A stretch of DNA of 64,000 nt from Desulfobulbaceae bacterium. GTDB lineage: Bacteria; Desulfobacterota; Desulfobulbia; Desulfobulbales; Desulfocapsaceae. Every line of letters begins with the position of its first letter. Positions within the stretch are counted from its first letter, which is position 1. The stretch is taken from contig JAAELB010000346.1 in NCBI GenBank assembly GCA_024227155.1, positions 9,065 through 73,064 on the forward strand, given 5' to 3'. Below the pieces are notes generated by a model, which searched no databases, was not told the DNA's origin, and saw nothing but the letters and a program-made list of their open reading frames with translations. The position numbers and the translations under genes were made by a program. Of this stretch, positions 38,887 through 50,287 are shown one piece after another.

Positions 38887-39825
38887 TTATACGACCTTGT
38901 CTGGCAAATTATTCCACCAGAAACTATGCAGGCTCAAGTACGGCCTCATCCTGGGGGGTATGCTCAAGTAGCAACGGCCAAGTTTATAACCTACAAACTT
39001 ACTGCCACTCCTCAGGAGCCAATCAAAGATAAGGCCATATCTTTTCTTTTCAACGATAGCTGACAAAGCTGAACGTACATATTTGGTACCAATCCCTTCT
39101 GCTGTGCCATAGGTCTCAAGTAACCATGTTTCAGAACTGTGCAGAACGCCAATATCAAAAGATCGCTTAAACTCATCTGTAACGGTGTAGTTATGGCTAT
39201 GATACACCCCGGCGTCAGCTGTATAGGAGACTTTATATCCTGCTTTAAGCAACCTTCCAAGGGTACAGGTATCCTCACCAAAAATCAAACCGTTCTTAAA
39301 GTAACCACATAATGCCAGCGGTTCTTTCATATAGGCAGCGAAAGAGTTTGAGATAAATATTGTTTTCAAACCTTCGCTCAATCGATCATCGAAGGATTTT
39401 ACCTTGGAAACAGGAGGATAATTGAAATTTCTCAAATGGGCCGACAGCAGTGTTGCATTATGTTGAGGCAACTGACGGCCGTAAGCACAGATGACTTTAG
39501 ACCCTTCTGATAACGATTCGACTATCCTGCGCAGGGCGTCCGGGCTTGATAGTATTGCGTCCTGGGTGAAAAACACAAGAATTGTACCCTCTGCTTTTTG
39601 GGCAAGATAAGACCTGGTACCACCGTGATCAAAGCTCGATCGCTCTATTGTGAGAACTTTGGCACCATACCCCTTACAGATCTCCACAGTATTGTCCCGT
39701 GACTGGGAGTCACCAACTAGGATTTCATCCGGTTGCAGGTCCTGCATTTTCAATGCGGTAAAGAACTCAGTTAGAGTTGGTTCCCCATTGAGGGTAGGTA
39801 TGATTACTGATATTTTTTGAGCCAT
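38887..39825 (-). CDS. GT2 glycosyltransferase (rhamnosyltransferase-like)
   Basis: IIPTLNG, FDHGGTR, FFTQDA, AYGRQLP, GED, VYHSHNY (RfbN/RgpA-like pattern). Confidence 0.85.
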   Translation of the reverse strand: MAQKISVIIPTLNGEPTLTEFFTALKMQDLQPDEILVGDSQSRDNTVEICKGYGAKVLTIERSSFDHGGTRSYLAQKAEGTILVFFTQDAILSSPDALRRIVESLSEGSKVICAYGRQLPQHNATLLSAHLRNFNYPPVSKVKSFDDRLSEGLKTIFISNSFAAYMKEPLALCGYFKNGLIFGEDTCTLGRLLKAGYKVSYTADAGVYHSHNYTVTDEFKRSFDIGVLHSSETWLLETYGTAEGIGTKYVRSALSAIVEKKRYGLIFDWLLRSGSKFVGYKLGRCYLSIPPRMRPYLSLHSFWWNNLPDKVV

Positions 39826-39882
39826 GGGCTTTTTTATCTAAAAACTTTTACAGTTAAGGGATATATGAACATGCGGGCCAGT

Positions 39883-40707
39883 TTAAACACGAAAGGCACG
39901 TACCAAAAGATATTTTGCAAGGGCCCAGGCCATATAAAAAGATCGATGTTTACAATATAGTTTCACTTCGTTTTTTGCTGACATGAGTCGGAGTCTGTAA
40001 TCTACCAGATTTCTTTTATCGTCCCAGCCACGACAATGATACGCTAGCAGTGAGGGCTGATAATACAGTTTCCAGCCGCATCTCCTGATTCGTAAACTTA
40101 ACTCAATATCTTCCTTATAAAGAAAAAAATCTTCGTCAAAAACAGTATCTCCAAGTTCCTTTAAACAGCTCGCCCGGCAGGCCATGAGAGCGCCACAAAC
40201 TGCTGGTACCTCGCATGTTCGTTCAAATTGACCCTTATCTTGTTCGCCCTGCCCTCTGTCAAACCATTTCCCATACCATTTTCTATATATCCCGGTGGAA
40301 TCAATTCTTCCGGTCGCCTTTTGCATAGTAATGTCGTAACCCAGCAATTTTCCGGTAAGAACGCCACAATTTTTGTAATTTTCAAAAAAACAGCTCGCAT
40401 CTTCAAGCCAGGAACTAAAAAGAAAGGTGTCAGGGTTGATGAATACTACCAGATCATCGCTACTCAAATTAAGGCTTTTATAGCCGGTATTATTGGCATA
40501 AGAAAAACCGTTATTATCTATATACTTAATAGCAACAGGGTATCGATAGTGGCTTAAACCATTCAAATACGTAAGATCCCTCGAACCACTATCAACAATG
40601 GTGCAGGAGGTGATTTCCCTGGTCTGCTTCTCTAGATAGGCTAAACAGGTGGGGAGCACATTTGCTGAATTGTGGCTTACAATGATTATGTGGGTGGCGT
40701 TTCCCAT
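39883..40707 (-). CDS. GT2 glycosyltransferase
   Basis: IVSHNS, VDSGS, NNGFSYANN, INPD, FFLYKEDIELSLR. Confidence 0.88.
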   Translation of the reverse strand: MGNATHIIIVSHNSANVLPTCLAYLEKQTREITSCTIVDSGSRDLTYLNGLSHYRYPVAIKYIDNNGFSYANNTGYKSLNLSSDDLVVFINPDTFLFSSWLEDASCFFENYKNCGVLTGKLLGYDITMQKATGRIDSTGIYRKWYGKWFDRGQGEQDKGQFERTCEVPAVCGALMACRASCLKELGDTVFDEDFFLYKEDIELSLRIRRCGWKLYYQPSLLAYHCRGWDDKRNLVDYRLRLMSAKNEVKLYCKHRSFYMAWALAKYLLVRAFRV

Positions 40708-40718
40708 GGCTCTTCAGA

Positions 40719-41771
40719 CTACAAAAAGATCTTGCAATAGCAGCTTAGAAAAAAATTATTTTTACCTAGCCCCCGGCGCCGCATCATGATCGATTCAACT
40801 GCTTCTCTTTCTGCTGTAACCATTAAATTGCCAAGGATTTGAAAATCACTTTTGCAGAATTGTGTAAGAATATCCTTACGCTTTCGAGAAAAAAGCGGCA
40901 ACATTCGAAACGCCTCATAAAGACCTGAAAAATATGGTTTGACCATCCATTTCTTTAAACAAAAAAGAAACCACATGAGTTGGTATACTAATATTGCAGG
41001 TGCAAATCGGAGAAAAAGAGGAAAAGAGTAATTCTTAACAAGCAGATTTACATTATTTCTGGTTGACAGCCGGATCGTCATTTCATTGATCTTTGAGCCG
41101 GTTGTGGCGCTTCCGATATGGTAGACAACAGCTTTACTCAAATACATACATTGCAGACCAAGCCTGCGGGCCCTGATATTCAGATCTACATCTTCAAGAT
41201 ATGCGAAAAAATCAGCATCGAAAAGCCCAACTTTTTGAAAGAATGTTCTTTTGTATAACGCTGCCCCTGCACAGGCACCAAAAGTATCCCTGTCATTGCT
41301 GAAACGCTCACCATCCGGTTCCAGAGTACCAAGTCGATACCCTACACCTCCGCGCAAAACTGCATCTCCTGCCCCATCAATGATGGTACGGTCGTGATAA
41401 CTGAGCATCTTCAAAGAAAAAAAATCGCAGTGGGAATAGAGAGGAATGGACGTGGCAAGATTTTGCAGGCAATCGGAAGGCACCTCCATGTCGTTATTTA
41501 GAAGTAACAGCCAGGGTGCCTCCGAACTTTCAATGCCTTTGTTTACCGCGACACTAAAACCACTATTGTAGTCAAAACGGATCACTTTTACATTTGGGTA
41601 ATCCTCTTCAAGCAATGTTAAGGAGTGATCGCTTGATCCGTTATCTACTACAGTGATTGAGAAGTTTTTATATAGTTGTTTTTCAAGAGAATCGAGACAG
41701 TGCGATAACATTTTCGCACCATTCCAGTTCGGAATAATTATCTCAATAAAAGGATCACCATGAGCCATCAC
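40719..41771 (-). CDS. GT2 glycosyltransferase
   Basis: IIPNWNG, VDNGSSD, LLNND, FFAYLEDVD. Confidence 0.88.
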   Translation of the reverse strand: MMAHGDPFIEIIIPNWNGAKMLSHCLDSLEKQLYKNFSITVVDNGSSDHSLTLLEEDYPNVKVIRFDYNSGFSVAVNKGIESSEAPWLLLLNNDMEVPSDCLQNLATSIPLYSHCDFFSLKMLSYHDRTIIDGAGDAVLRGGVGYRLGTLEPDGERFSNDRDTFGACAGAALYKRTFFQKVGLFDADFFAYLEDVDLNIRARRLGLQCMYLSKAVVYHIGSATTGSKINEMTIRLSTRNNVNLLVKNYSFPLFLRFAPAILVYQLMWFLFCLKKWMVKPYFSGLYEAFRMLPLFSRKRKDILTQFCKSDFQILGNLMVTAEREAVESIMMRRRGLGKNNFFLSCYCKIFL

Positions 41772-42744
41772 TTTCTCTATCAGGATTCACCCCGCCTCCC
41801 TGCTGTTTTCTATACACATTCTTCACATGATAAACAGGTTTGTTCTGCGATTCATGATAGGTTCGGGCCTGAAGTTCGGCAATAAGTCCCAGGGAGATAA
41901 ATTGAATACCAATAAAGATGAGTAATACTGCCAGAAATAGAAGTGGCCTATCCGACAACGGTACGCCCATGAACTGTCTTTGAAAGGTCATCACTAAAGC
42001 AATTAAAAATCCGAGACCGCCACAGCCAAGACCCATAAGACCAAAAACCTGGATGGGTTTTGTGGCATAACTCAATAAAAATTTAACTGTTACAAGATCC
42101 AGAACAACCCTTATGGTTCTTGAAATACCGTACTTCGAAGTTCCAAACCGCCTCGGTCGGTGATTTACTTTCACTTCTGTAAAATCAATGCCTATGCCAC
42201 TGGCAATGGCGGGTATAAAGCGGTGCATTTCACCGTATAATTTTACGTTCTTTATAACTTCCTTCTTAAAGGCTTTTAGGGTACAGCCATAATCGTGAAG
42301 ATTAACACCTGTGGTTTTAGAAATGATTTTATTGGCAATAATGGAAGGAAGTCGCCTGTTTATAAAGGCATCTTTTCTGTCAAAACGCCATCCCGTAACC
42401 ACATCGTTTCCTTCTTTAATTTTTCCAAGTAAAAGCGGAATATCGTGGGGATCGTTTTGCAGGTCGGCATCCATTGTGATGATCACGTCGCCCTGGGCAT
42501 AATCAATCCCCGCGGCCATGGCAGCAGTCTGGCCAAAATTCTTGCGGAAATTTACCACAACAACATGTGAATCTTTTTCCTGTAGATCCCTCAACAGGCT
42601 AAGGCTTCTATCAGTACTGCCATCGTCGATAAAAAGCAGCTCGTAATCATCTTCAATGGTTTGAAAAACTTCATCTAATTCTTTATACAGAAGAGGGATA
42701 TTCTCTTCCTCATTGAGTAGCGGTATAATAACTGAGATTAACAA
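41755..42744 (-). CDS. Polyprenol-phosphate glycosyltransferase (DPM1/ArnC/GtrB-like GT2)
   Basis: IIPLLNEE, DDGSTD, RKNFGQTAA, MDADLQNDP, YGEMHRFIP, two C-terminal TMs. Confidence 0.9.
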   Translation of the reverse strand: MLISVIIPLLNEEENIPLLYKELDEVFQTIEDDYELLFIDDGSTDRSLSLLRDLQEKDSHVVVVNFRKNFGQTAAMAAGIDYAQGDVIITMDADLQNDPHDIPLLLGKIKEGNDVVTGWRFDRKDAFINRRLPSIIANKIISKTTGVNLHDYGCTLKAFKKEVIKNVKLYGEMHRFIPAIASGIGIDFTEVKVNHRPRRFGTSKYGISRTIRVVLDLVTVKFLLSYATKPIQVFGLMGLGCGGLGFLIALVMTFQRQFMGVPLSDRPLLFLAVLLIFIGIQFISLGLIAELQARTYHESQNKPVYHVKNVYRKQQGGGVNPDRESDGSW

Positions 42745-42803
42745 AACAGTATCTCCAAATTTTAAAAGGTTAGTCCCTTACCAGCGAGCCTTTAGTTCAT
42801 TTA

Positions 42804-42946
42804 TGAGTCTGTTGATTTAATAGCATTTTTGTTCAATATCGAGACAAACAAAAAATTTTACCACAGGCATATAATTGATATTCCGAGGATAAAAATTTTG
42901 GTTTAACGAAGAGATTGGGCGAAAAGGCATTAAATCAACGGGCTCA
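42804..42946. mobile_element. MITE family B, copy 2 (143 bp, TTTA TSD)
   Basis: TGAGTCTGTTGATTTAA...TTAAATCAACGGGCTCA; TTTA at 42800-42803 and 42947-42950. Confidence 0.9.
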
Positions 42947-42953
42947 TTTATTA

Positions 42954-44045
42954 TTATTCTTTGTTGCCTGTAAGGTGCAGTTTATTTTTCTGTTTATATA
43001 CCAGATAGGTAGCAAAACCTACAATGCCCATTGTGAGCATTTTTATTCTTAGCAGTAACCCCATCGCCAGGGATTCTGCCCCTCCCACCCCGACTAATAA
43101 AAAATAAAAGACAAAAACAGATTCAAAATAGCCAAGATTGCCGAGCAAAGTAACAGGCACATGGGCAACAAGCATGATAGCTGGGACAATTGCGCATATC
43201 TTTATAAAATCCACTTCAACATCAAAAGCCATAAATGAAGTATATACATTAACCCAGGTGAGCAGATAAAAGAACAGGGTTAAAAATATAAGCCTGTAAA
43301 GAAAGCCCTTGTCCGACTTAATAGCCGCAATAGCGATTCCTAATTCCTCCCGTACCTTTTTGAGACGACTTAAGACTTTCCGGTATAAGTTTTCAAGGCT
43401 ATTCGTCAGTTTCAGCAGCATCTGACTGTTCATGCGCTTTGCAAGGGCTTGAAGAATTACGAAAATCTTCTCGGCTATGAGATTAGGGATATGAAATGGA
43501 TTTTTTGCCTTCCAGATCCAGCCGGTAACGAGAGCAAAACAGAGTCCGGCACATGCTGGTACAAAGATATATGGATTTGTATAAAGGTGGGGTTGGAATA
43601 ATGGTGCAACAGCGACAAGTAAAAATAGAAATACAATACCTGAAAATCTCTCAACAAAAACACTTACGGCGGAATATGACTGATTCTCAATAAGCTTTCC
43701 AGCATAGTAGGATCGCACGACATCTCCACCCACTGTAGATGGCAAGATATTTGAAAAAAAGTACCCTACAAGATAAATCTTAAATAATTTTAAAAAACTA
43801 ATATCCTCTTTCAAGTCAAGAATCAGTTTCCACTTGGCACAGCTGGCGAGAACCATGACAAGGGTTACTCCAAAGGTGATGGCCATATAGAGCCAATTTA
43901 CCTGAGTAAAGACTTTTGCAAGCTCGTTACCCTGAACAAAGGATAATAAAACTGAAAAAAATGCTAAACTGATAAACCCTTTTATGAACAATTGTATAGA
44001 TTTTGGTATTTTTTTCATCAGTTTCTGAGATATTTCCGTAGCCAA
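42954..44045 (-). CDS. Flippase-like membrane protein (lysylphosphatidylglycerol synthase TM/UPF0104 family)
   Basis: YFFSNILPSTVGGDVVR, SVFVERFSG, P.TLLGNLGYFE; many TMs; heads the glycosyltransferase cluster. Confidence 0.85.
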   Translation of the reverse strand: MATEISQKLMKKIPKSIQLFIKGFISLAFFSVLLSFVQGNELAKVFTQVNWLYMAITFGVTLVMVLASCAKWKLILDLKEDISFLKLFKIYLVGYFFSNILPSTVGGDVVRSYYAGKLIENQSYSAVSVFVERFSGIVFLFLLVAVAPLFQPHLYTNPYIFVPACAGLCFALVTGWIWKAKNPFHIPNLIAEKIFVILQALAKRMNSQMLLKLTNSLENLYRKVLSRLKKVREELGIAIAAIKSDKGFLYRLIFLTLFFYLLTWVNVYTSFMAFDVEVDFIKICAIVPAIMLVAHVPVTLLGNLGYFESVFVFYFLLVGVGGAESLAMGLLLRIKMLTMGIVGFATYLVYKQKNKLHLTGNKE

Positions 44046-44247
44046 TCTTCTTCTGTTTAAACAAAGATGAATCCTGGCTTATCTTCCCGTTTACCGGGGT
44101 TAGCAATTAAGAACTATCCACTTTTCACAGCAGATCATAGCAATAGCAAAATCCAATTTTACGACAGGCACCCTTCATACCACATCTTCCACTAATGGCA
44201 AGACCTGTTGGTGGGATTATTACAAGCAAAAAACAAAATTTAACTCG

Positions 44248-44463
44248 CTATGATTGTTTCTCAGCTGATCGACCCTGCGCTTTAATCCAGCCAAGACGAA
44301 TAAAATATTGCTGGCCGCAATCAATCCATTTATCGCAACGATCTGTTTTTATCATGCTCGGATAATCGGGTTTTATTGCTTTATCCTCTCTGCAAAGACC
44401 ATACTCGCTATCGGTTAATCTATAAAATTTACAACTAAGACAAGTTTGTGCTATTCCCTTCAT
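44248..44463 (-). CDS. Small cysteine-rich hypothetical protein (71 aa)
   Basis: MKGIAQTCLSCKFY...GLCR...CDKW.DCGQQYFIRLGW; five Cys; ATG at 44463. Confidence 0.65.
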   Translation of the reverse strand: MKGIAQTCLSCKFYRLTDSEYGLCREDKAIKPDYPSMIKTDRCDKWIDCGQQYFIRLGWIKAQGRSAEKQS

Positions 44464-44575
44464 ATGTGTAATCCCTTTACGCTGTAAACAAGAATGAGAG
44501 GATATTTCTTCTCGGTAAGATAAGCATTGGAGGCAGGGTTCAGCTTCTTCGCAAGTTGAATTGCCGGTTGATGAG

Positions 44576-45553
44576 TTACTCTGCTTTTCCGGTTCTAGCC
44601 GGTAGGTCAAATCCTAATATTTTAAACATCTCCACATCTTCTTTCAGGCTGTTTCCGGCTGTAGTCAAATAATTGCCAACAATGGATCCATTGGCACCTG
44701 CTTTGAAATATTTTTCCTGTTCACCCGCTAACAGATGTCTGCCCCCCGCTATCCGTATTACCGCTTTTGGCACAATAAAACGAAACATGGCTACACAGGT
44801 GAGAACTTCAGCCACAGTAAGTGGTTGTATTGTTTCAAACGGTGTGTCTTTTATGGGGGTGAGAATATTTAGAGGAATAGAGAGTATGCCAAGCTCTCTC
44901 AGTTCAAAAGCGAGCTCAAGACGCTGTTCTAGACTTTCACCCATGCCAATAATGCCGCCGGAGCAGACCTCAAGGCCTGCGTCCTGGGCAATTGTAATTG
45001 TGGCAACTTTTTCATCCCAGGTATGTGTGGTGCAAACAGTGGGGAAAAAACTTCGGCATGTTTCAAGGTTGCAATGGTACCTGCTGACGCCCATTTCCCT
45101 AAGCTGTTCAGCTTTTTCAGGAGTTAGAAATCCCATCGAGGCACAAAAAGCAAGGCTGGTTTCTTTTTGTAGAGCGCGATACACTTCACGAAATTTTTGC
45201 AGATGCTCTTCCGAGACTGATCTCCCGGCGGTAACCAGTGAAAACCTCTGCACGCCGTGGGACTCATTTTCTTTTGCAAGAGTAATGGCCGTAGAGATAT
45301 CTACAAAATCATAACTGGCAACTTCTACGTCGTAATGAGCTGATTGAGCACAAAACTTACAATCTTCACTACATTTTCCAGATTTTGCATTAACAATGGA
45401 ACAGAGATCAAGACTGTTTTTATGTAGATTTTTCCGGAGACGATCAGCCGCCTGGTACAACTCTGCTGAGTCAGCAGAGTTTGCGAGCTCTAAGGCTTCA
45501 CTAAAGAGAAGCTCTTCACCAGCCACTATTTTTTTCACATAGGTATCAATCAC
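44576..45553 (-). CDS. bioB: Biotin synthase
   Basis: NAKSGKCSEDCKFCAQS, YHCNLET, CSGGIIGMGE, GNYLTT. Confidence 0.96.
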   Translation of the reverse strand: MIDTYVKKIVAGEELLFSEALELANSADSAELYQAADRLRKNLHKNSLDLCSIVNAKSGKCSEDCKFCAQSAHYDVEVASYDFVDISTAITLAKENESHGVQRFSLVTAGRSVSEEHLQKFREVYRALQKETSLAFCASMGFLTPEKAEQLREMGVSRYHCNLETCRSFFPTVCTTHTWDEKVATITIAQDAGLEVCSGGIIGMGESLEQRLELAFELRELGILSIPLNILTPIKDTPFETIQPLTVAEVLTCVAMFRFIVPKAVIRIAGGRHLLAGEQEKYFKAGANGSIVGNYLTTAGNSLKEDVEMFKILGFDLPARTGKAE

Positions 45554-45613
45554 TTTCGACCTCTAACCCCGATAAACGATGAACTCCAACCGCGGTCATC
45601 TCAATTGTAAAAA

Positions 45614-46561
45614 TTACGCTTTGAGTTTTTCTATACATTTTGCAAGTGTCGCCGGAGAGTCAAACTGTAGCGAGGTGACCTTGGTACCCTTCGGCACAAT
45701 CTTTCTCATCATCCCCTTTAGTACTGTTTTGGGACCCACTTCAATAAAGGTATCAACACCCTCATCCAGCATAGAGGTTATAATTTCATACCATCTGACC
45801 CTGGAGGCAATCTGCCGCGCCATCATATCTTTCATGGTTACCGGATCACTTTCCTGTTGTGCAGAAACGTTAAAATAGATGGGAGTTTTAGGTGTATTAA
45901 AAGGGATATCAGCCAGAAAATCAGTAAAGTCGGGCACCGCATCTGTAAGAAGAGGACTGTGGTTAGCCACGCTTACATTCAGAGCTATAACCTTTGCACC
46001 CTTCTCCTCAAAAGTTGCAGAGACGGCATCAAGAGCATCCATGGAACCTGAGATAACTATTTGCTGAGGTGTATTATGATTTGCAGCAGTGACGACTCCA
46101 GGGCCATTGTAACTGTTGATGACTTCTTCAATGGCATCAATCTCCAGGCCAAGGACAGCACGCATCCCTCCAGGGTTTTTATCACCCTCACGGCCCATCA
46201 AGAATCCCCTTTTACTAACGAGCTTTACAGCGTCTTCAGCACTTATTACACCGCTTGCGTGGAGCGCTGAATATTCACCCAGACTGTGCCCTGCGAACGC
46301 ACTAATCTCAAATTCACCTTTTGTTTCACTGACAAAAGCTTGCCAGCTGATAAGATTTGCGACGGTAATTGCGGGTTGTAGATTCGTGGCACGGGTCAAT
46401 TCTTCCATGGGCCCATCATCACTAAGGGATCCCAGGTTCAATCCACAGGCAGTTTCAGCCATCGCCATAATAGTACTACATTCACTGTTTGAATCCCTGA
46501 ATTCCTTACCCATTCCTAAAAACTGAGACCCCTGTCCGGGAAAAAGAACTGCTATTTTCAT
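45614..46561 (-). CDS. fabD: Malonyl CoA-ACP transacylase
   Basis: FPGQGSQ, QPAI, GHSLGEYSAL, HSPL, EVGP. Confidence 0.95.
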   Translation of the reverse strand: MKIAVLFPGQGSQFLGMGKEFRDSNSECSTIMAMAETACGLNLGSLSDDGPMEELTRATNLQPAITVANLISWQAFVSETKGEFEISAFAGHSLGEYSALHASGVISAEDAVKLVSKRGFLMGREGDKNPGGMRAVLGLEIDAIEEVINSYNGPGVVTAANHNTPQQIVISGSMDALDAVSATFEEKGAKVIALNVSVANHSPLLTDAVPDFTDFLADIPFNTPKTPIYFNVSAQQESDPVTMKDMMARQIASRVRWYEIITSMLDEGVDTFIEVGPKTVLKGMMRKIVPKGTKVTSLQFDSPATLAKCIEKLKA

Positions 46562-46565
46562 TTTT

Positions 46566-47066
46566 TCACTCTGTTTTAAAATTTTTTGCTTGTACTTGGT
46601 TATTACTCTCCGGGGTCAAAAAATTAAGGATTAAAAATAATCCGGCCCCGACACATATTGCTGAATCCGCAACATTAAAAGCAGGCCAATGGTATCCACC
46701 GTAGTGGAAATCTAAAAAATCCACTACAGCACCATAGCGCACCCGATCAATCAGATTACCTATGGCACCGCCAGCGATAAGCCCCAGTGAGCACACATAT
46801 AGACGATGAGTATTTCGTAACTGCACATATGCTACACTAATTCCTATTGCAGCGGCAACACCGATAGTAAGGAAAAAATAGTGGCGCCAGGGCGAATTCA
46901 CATCTGCCAGCAAACTAAAGGCTGCACCACTATTGGTCACATACACCAGGTTAAAAAAACCCGGAATAATCTCTCTGACATCGAAAAGCTGAAAAATGTT
47001 AGTGATATATTCCTTAGTGAGTTGATCCGCTATAATAACGGCTATGACAATTGCAACATAGCCCAC
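46566..47066 (-). CDS. lspA: Lipoprotein signal peptidase
   Basis: [32 protein letters not shown]; follows ileS. Confidence 0.96.
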   Translation of the reverse strand: MGYVAIVIAVIIADQLTKEYITNIFQLFDVREIIPGFFNLVYVTNSGAAFSLLADVNSPWRHYFFLTIGVAAAIGISVAYVQLRNTHRLYVCSLGLIAGGAIGNLIDRVRYGAVVDFLDFHYGGYHWPAFNVADSAICVGAGLFLILNFLTPESNNQVQAKNFKTE

Positions 47067-47068
47067 CG

Positions 47069-49879
47069 CTAAAGATCCATTTTAGCAACAACTCCTGAGC
47101 AGCGATCGCAAATTTCAGGATGAGAGGGGTTCTCACCAACAGTAGTGGAACGGATCCAGCAACGTGAACATTTTTCACCTGTTGCAGGCCGAACCTCTAT
47201 TATAAAACCTTCGAGTATTTCACTTTCGTACCTGATAGCTTCCTGTTGTTCCTCTGTTTCCAGTTTTGACAGTTCAGAGATAATTGAAATTTCTTTGACA
47301 GTCTGCCACTCACTCTGAAGAAATGTTGCAAGGTCTCCCTCGGCCTTTACTAAAACTTCAGCCTCCAGGGAGTGGCCTATAATTTTCTCACGCCTGGCTA
47401 TCTCAAGTGCCTTGGTTATTTCTGAGCGGACGTTTAACAGTTCTGCCCATTTTGCCATCATCTTCTCATCGCAGTCAATTACTTGTGCCTGAGGAAATTC
47501 TGTAAAAAAGATAGAGCTTTCAAGTGGACCATTTTCTTTATTTTTATATAAAGAATCCCACGCCTCTGCTGCGGTAAAACTTAAGATAGGGCTCATAAGT
47601 TTCAATAAACCATCCAGGATATGATAAAGTACAGTCTGGGCGGCCCGACGCAGGGTTGAATCTGTACCGGATGTGTAGAGCCTGTCTTTTAAAATATCCA
47701 GGTAAAAGGAACTCATGGTCGTGCCGCAAAAATAATTGAGATTCTGGTATATTGAGTGAAACTCATATCTTTCGTAGGCACCTGTCACCTTAAGCCGTAA
47801 CTCTTCAAATTTGGCAAGGGCCCAGCGGTCAAGCTCTAACAACTCGCTGTCATCCACCCGATTGCAGGCAGGGTCAAAATCATCAAGATTTCCAAGAAAG
47901 TACCTGATCGTATTCCTTATCTTCCTATAGGAATCGGAAACCTGTTTGAGAATTTCATCGGACACCTTGATGTCATCGCGATAATCTTCACTGGAAACCC
48001 AGAGCCGCAATATTTCCGCTCCATACTTTTCGATGACCTCCGATGGCACCACAACGTTACCCACGGATTTTGACATTTTTTTGCCTTTACCGTCCACCAC
48101 GTACCCATGGGTAAGAACACCCTTGAATGGTGCTCTTTCCCTGTTTCCGACGGAGGTGAGCAGGGAACTCTGGAACCAACCTCGATGCTGGTCGCTTCCT
48201 TCGAGATAAAGATCAGCAGGAGCATCAAGCTCTTCTCTCATCTCACAAACGGCAGCATGACTAACACCTGAATCGAACCATACGTCCAGAATATCTTCTT
48301 CTTTTTCAAAGGCTGTACTGCCACAGCTGCATGTTAATCCTTCCGGCAGAAAATCACTCACTTCGTGACTGAACCAGGCATCAGCTCCTTCTTTCAGGAA
48401 AAGCTGGTCAATGGTCTCCACCACCTCCTGGCTTTTTACAATTTCGCCACAGTCTGAACAACTGATTACAGTGAGCGGAACACCCCAGCTTCTCTGTCGC
48501 GACAGACACCAGTCGGGCCGCCCCTCTACCATAGAGAAAATACGCTGCATCCCCCAAGCTGGGGTCCACTGAACCTTTTCGATTTCAGCAAGAGCTCGTT
48601 TTCTGAGATCATTATTCTCCATTGAGATGAACCATTGTGGAGTTGCTCGGTACATCACAGGTTCTTTACAGCGCCAGCAGTGCGGATAACTGTGGCCTAT
48701 AGAAGCTTCATGGACCAGGCTACCGTCTGCCGTCATATCGGCATTAAGCTGTTTATTTACCCCAGGCACTTTCTGGCCCATATATTTTCCGGCTTCACTG
48801 GTATAGATACCATCAGCATTGACTGGAGATAATATTTCCAGTCCATATCTCAGGCCAGTGAGGTAATCGTCTGCACCGTGGCCGGGAGCAGTGTGCACAC
48901 ATCCGGTTCCCGCCTCAACTGTTACATAATCGGCGAGAACTACAAGAGACTCCCGCCCCATGAATGGATGTTGACAACTTCTTTTTTCTAATTTTTCAGC
49001 ACCAAAAGTCCCAACGATGGAATAGTCACTCCTTTCCATTTCGGCCATAACCTTTTCAACCAGTTCCTGTGCAAGGATCCAGATCTGGTCATCAATCTTT
49101 ACAGCGGCATAGGTAAATTCGGGATGAAGAGCAACTGCCATGTTAGCCGGCAGGGTCCAGGGAGTTGTGGTCCATATTACAAAATAGACATTATCCCCGG
49201 CAAGGCACGGACTGACGTCGGATAGATCGCCGCTTGCCTTAAACTTGACGTAGATAGAAGGTGAGGTGTGGTCATGGTACTCAACTTCAGCTTCAGCGAG
49301 AGCTGTTGTGCAGGTAGAGCACCAGTAGACAGGTTTTCTGTTTCTAACCACCGCATCCGAAAGAAGGAATTTGTTGAATTCTCTCGCTATAGCTGCCTCA
49401 TAGCTGTAATTAATCGTCAGATATGGCTCGTCCCAGTCACCTAAAACTCCGAGTCTTTTAAACTGTTCCTTCTGGGTCTTAATCCACTTATTGGCGTATT
49501 TTCTACATGCACTCCGTTTGGACAGTTTAGGAATAGTTTTCTTCTTTTCCCCAAGTTCTTTATCTACGTTATGTTCAATGGGCAGCCCATGGCAATCCCA
49601 GCCGGGGATATACGGGGCATTAAACCCAGCCATGCGTTTGGATCTCAGGATGATATCCTTTAAAATTTTATTAAACGCTGTCCCTAGATGGATATTACCA
49701 TTTGCATACGGAGGACCATCATGGAGTACAAATAGTGGTTTTTCTTTCCCGGCATCCTGTATCTTCTGATATAGATGTGCTTTATCCCAACGCTTAAGAA
49801 CCATAGGTTCTTTTTGGGCGAGATTGGCCTTCATCTTAAACCCGGTTTTGGGTAGATTAAGGGTATCCCTGTAATCCAT
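47069..49879 (-). CDS. ileS: Isoleucine--tRNA ligase
   Basis: [36 protein letters not shown]-terminal zinc finger CSRCW...CDRC. Confidence 0.98.
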   Translation of the reverse strand: MDYRDTLNLPKTGFKMKANLAQKEPMVLKRWDKAHLYQKIQDAGKEKPLFVLHDGPPYANGNIHLGTAFNKILKDIILRSKRMAGFNAPYIPGWDCHGLPIEHNVDKELGEKKKTIPKLSKRSACRKYANKWIKTQKEQFKRLGVLGDWDEPYLTINYSYEAAIAREFNKFLLSDAVVRNRKPVYWCSTCTTALAEAEVEYHDHTSPSIYVKFKASGDLSDVSPCLAGDNVYFVIWTTTPWTLPANMAVALHPEFTYAAVKIDDQIWILAQELVEKVMAEMERSDYSIVGTFGAEKLEKRSCQHPFMGRESLVVLADYVTVEAGTGCVHTAPGHGADDYLTGLRYGLEILSPVNADGIYTSEAGKYMGQKVPGVNKQLNADMTADGSLVHEASIGHSYPHCWRCKEPVMYRATPQWFISMENNDLRKRALAEIEKVQWTPAWGMQRIFSMVEGRPDWCLSRQRSWGVPLTVISCSDCGEIVKSQEVVETIDQLFLKEGADAWFSHEVSDFLPEGLTCSCGSTAFEKEEDILDVWFDSGVSHAAVCEMREELDAPADLYLEGSDQHRGWFQSSLLTSVGNRERAPFKGVLTHGYVVDGKGKKMSKSVGNVVVPSEVIEKYGAEILRLWVSSEDYRDDIKVSDEILKQVSDSYRKIRNTIRYFLGNLDDFDPACNRVDDSELLELDRWALAKFEELRLKVTGAYERYEFHSIYQNLNYFCGTTMSSFYLDILKDRLYTSGTDSTLRRAAQTVLYHILDGLLKLMSPILSFTAAEAWDSLYKNKENGPLESSIFFTEFPQAQVIDCDEKMMAKWAELLNVRSEITKALEIARREKIIGHSLEAEVLVKAEGDLATFLQSEWQTVKEISIISELSKLETEEQQEAIRYESEILEGFIIEVRPATGEKCSRCWIRSTTVGENPSHPEICDRCSGVVAKMDL

Positions 49880-50287
49880 GTTCGTCTCCTTCGATATTTC
49901 ATCGGGTGGGAATCAGCATTAAAGCGATCACCGCACCCGAATTATTTGCAGTTACTTGAGGAAAATCCTAATAGTGCTATGCTAACAATAATAGCATGTA
50001 CTCTTAGTTAATCCCCGGCAGGGGGATAAATACTTTCACGAAATTCATTCAAAAAAAAGAATTTCCTATGTATTAATTAGTCAAACAGACAACAATAACA
50101 ACTGCGCTACAAGTTGCAATACTAAATTATTTCTTAGCTGAACCAACCATAATCTGAGCGATTGCGTTTCCTTTTGAAATACTTTATATTTTTACAACTT
50201 TTTGGCTAGATAGAATCAATCCTACCTGGCTCTCAGGTTTCTTATGAAATTTTTACAGCTACGGCCAGCTCTAACAATCATTATTTT

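Noticed and set aside
37341-44045. Glycosyltransferase cluster as a possible genomic island
   Set aside because: No integrase, tRNA or flanking repeats, no obvious compositional shift, and collinear with housekeeping genes; typical surface-glycan locus
49880-50287. T-box riboswitch upstream of ileS
   Set aside because: No GGTGGNACC T-box sequence or specifier stem on the minus strand
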